The notes beneath the pieces are model-generated. The model made no database searches, had not been told where the DNA came from, and saw nothing but the letters and a program-made list of their open reading frames with translations. The position numbers were made by a program, and so were the translations under genes. Shown here piece by piece: positions 45,180 through 46,587 of a stretch of 46,587 bases of DNA (position 1 is its first letter; the number at the start of each line of letters is the position of its first letter). Source of the stretch: a virus; the IMG/VR virus record IMGVR_UViG_2554235478_000002, positions 1 through 46,587 of that record; one strand, 5' to 3'.

Positions 45180-45599
45180 ATGGAGCTTGAATCTGACTTC
45201 GAGGCTCTTGCAGAGCAGGCACTCCTGGCCAACGTCGCCACCACCCTCCGCGACGAGCATGGCCCACTCCTGAAAGATGCCATCGAAGACAACTTCAAAG
45301 CGTACGCCGCCGCGAACGACTACGACATTTCGTTCATCTGGGAAGCCGCTGAAGACCCTGTCGTCAAGCGCTCTCAGCAGTCGGTCCAGCTCCGCATCGA
45401 GTGGCCTGGCTTGACAGCGCTCTTCGAATTGGGTGTCGAGCCCCACACGATCACCGGTGATCTGCACTTCTACTGGGAGGCGAAGGACATGTGGATTCAA
45501 ACCGATTCCGTCAACTGGGGAAGTGAGACCGGCGGCATCCCCGAATCCCGGGCAATCCGAAACGGGATCGAGGACCTCCGTCAGGAGATCCAGCGATGA
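45180..45599 (+). CDS. Tail completion protein (HK97 gp10-like)
   Basis: LFELGVEPHTI...V.WG...GI...R pattern and position. Confidence 0.6.
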   Translation: MELESDFEALAEQALLANVATTLRDEHGPLLKDAIEDNFKAYAAANDYDISFIWEAAEDPVVKRSQQSVQLRIEWPGLTALFELGVEPHTITGDLHFYWEAKDMWIQTDSVNWGSETGGIPESRAIRNGIEDLRQEIQR

Positions 45600-46066
45600 C
45601 GCTCGTCGATGACGTCCTCGGATGGATTCAGGCCGACTTTGCGGGCGGTTTTCCCGACAATCTGGAGCGTATCAATCGCGACGACTCGAACAAGCTCGAC
45701 GGCGGGATTCGGTCCCGGAAGCAGGACCTCGCACGCTCGAACCTCGTCGGCGTCGGCTCGGTTCGAACGAACCCCACCGCTGTCGGGACCGAATACGAAC
45801 ACAAGCAAGACGCGATACTCTCTTGCCGCATCGAAGCACTCCACGAAGACCAGCGCGGCCATATCGCGGACGGCGACGCGTTCGAGGCCCTCGTCCGAAA
45901 CGTCAGGCTCGCCATTCTCGCCCACCGCAAGTATCCCACAACGTCGACGCCGGCGACGTACCACACAGTTCTCATCGAGAACGAGCGTAACGACTCGAAG
46001 AACTACCGCGATTTCTACCAGTACTCGTTTGACATCCGCTTCCGCGGATACGACGACCTCAGCTAA
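45596..46066 (+). CDS. Tail terminator-like protein
   Basis: Immediately upstream of the tail tube gene. Confidence 0.55.
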   Translation: MTLVDDVLGWIQADFAGGFPDNLERINRDDSNKLDGGIRSRKQDLARSNLVGVGSVRTNPTAVGTEYEHKQDAILSCRIEALHEDQRGHIADGDAFEALVRNVRLAILAHRKYPTTSTPATYHTVLIENERNDSKNYRDFYQYSFDIRFRGYDDLS

Positions 46067-46100
46067 CGACCATGATACCAATACACATCGGAGGTGAGCG

Positions 46101-46587
46101 ATGAGCGCCGGCGCCGGTAGCTCGACCGTCGCGTTCACGCCCGAGCCGTCGTTCGGGACCGATCCGGACACGGATACGGCGACGTTCTACCTCCCGTTTA
46201 AGAACCCGACCATCGGAGAAGCATCGCTCTCGAACGAACTGCGCCGTCTTCGCGACCCCGACTCGGCCGTGAGCGTTGGCTCGCTCGCTCAGAACTTCGA
46301 GGGAGCGCTCAACATCTCGGGTGAACTCTCGACGAACGACTGGCATCAGCTCGTGTTCAACAACGACTCGAACACTGGCTGGGAGCCCGGTCGCATGCCC
46401 TCGTCTCGCTGGTACCTCGGCGTCGACTACCTCAACGGCGCGGGAACCGGGACGACCGAACGTGAGCTGGCGATGTGCATCGTCACGAACGCCCAGATCA
46501 CCTACCAGCAGGGCGGAGCCGTCACCCTCGATCTGACGATGATCTACGGCGACGAACCGGACCTCTCGACGAGCATAACGCCGTCGA
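46101..46587 (+). CDS. Major tail (tube) protein, 5' part; continues through 41-523, 306 aa total
   Basis: ATG at 46101 after GGAGGTGA (MSAGAGSSTVAFTPEPSFG...). Frame is open to the end and in phase with the ORF at 41-523 (46539 equals position 41). Lies between the tail terminator and tail chaperone. Confidence 0.8.
   Translation, partial: MSAGAGSSTVAFTPEPSFGTDPDTDTATFYLPFKNPTIGEASLSNELRRLRDPDSAVSVGSLAQNFEGALNISGELSTNDWHQLVFNNDSNTGWEPGRMPSSRWYLGVDYLNGAGTGTTERELAMCIVTNAQITYQQGGAVTLDLTMIYGDEPDLSTSITPS
46499..46587. repeat. Terminal direct repeat, copy 2 (circular overlap)
   Basis: Identical to bases 1-89. Confidence 0.95.

Larger units (their letters stand above)
1..46498. mobile_element. 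Haloarchaeal tailed virus (siphovirus-like), probable plasmid prophage
   Basis: Head-tail morphogenesis genes in canonical order, ParA and Orc1/Cdc6 present, no recognisable integrase or sheath, circular overlap, acidic proteome. Confidence 0.88.

Noticed and set aside
1-46587. CRISPR array, tRNA, intein, reverse transcriptase/DGR, invertase, methyltransferase
   Set aside because: No repeat-spacer pattern, cloverleaf with CCA, or catalytic motif was recognised by eye; tRNAscan and profile searches were not run.
1-46587. Apparent scarcity of CTAG
   Set aside because: Not counted rigorously, and a well-known general feature of haloarchaeal genomes and their viruses.

Overview
The window is an apparently complete circular genome of 46,498 bp: bases 1-89 repeat exactly at 46499-46587. 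It looks like a haloarchaeal temperate tailed virus (GC-rich DNA, strongly acidic proteins, GGAGGTGA ribosome-binding sites, many CxxC micro-proteins). A head-tail region runs from about 34.8 kb across the junction to about 12.9 kb: TerS, TerL, portal, protease, scaffold, major capsid, connectors, tail tube, a tail chaperone with a phased -1 slippery site, a short tape-measure-like protein, distal tail and adhesin genes, and two holin-like proteins. I recognised no sheath, integrase, polymerase or helicase. It carries ParA plus a small partner and an Orc1/Cdc6 initiator, so it probably persists as a plasmid prophage. The most notable signals are: (1) six dispersed arrays of a 9-bp-period GAACGCA-type repeat, one over the parA promoter and one inside the partner gene, a candidate centromere/operator system; (2) an intact rhomboid protease inserted antisense in the tail operon, plus a membrane-anchored Cys-His protease-like gene; (3) two structured 5' leaders with the same three-way-junction topology; (4) two separate origin-like repeat regions; (5) cassette-like junction motifs (GTQQ and TDGG) in the accessory arms. 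All product calls come from motif recognition by eye; no database searches were run.
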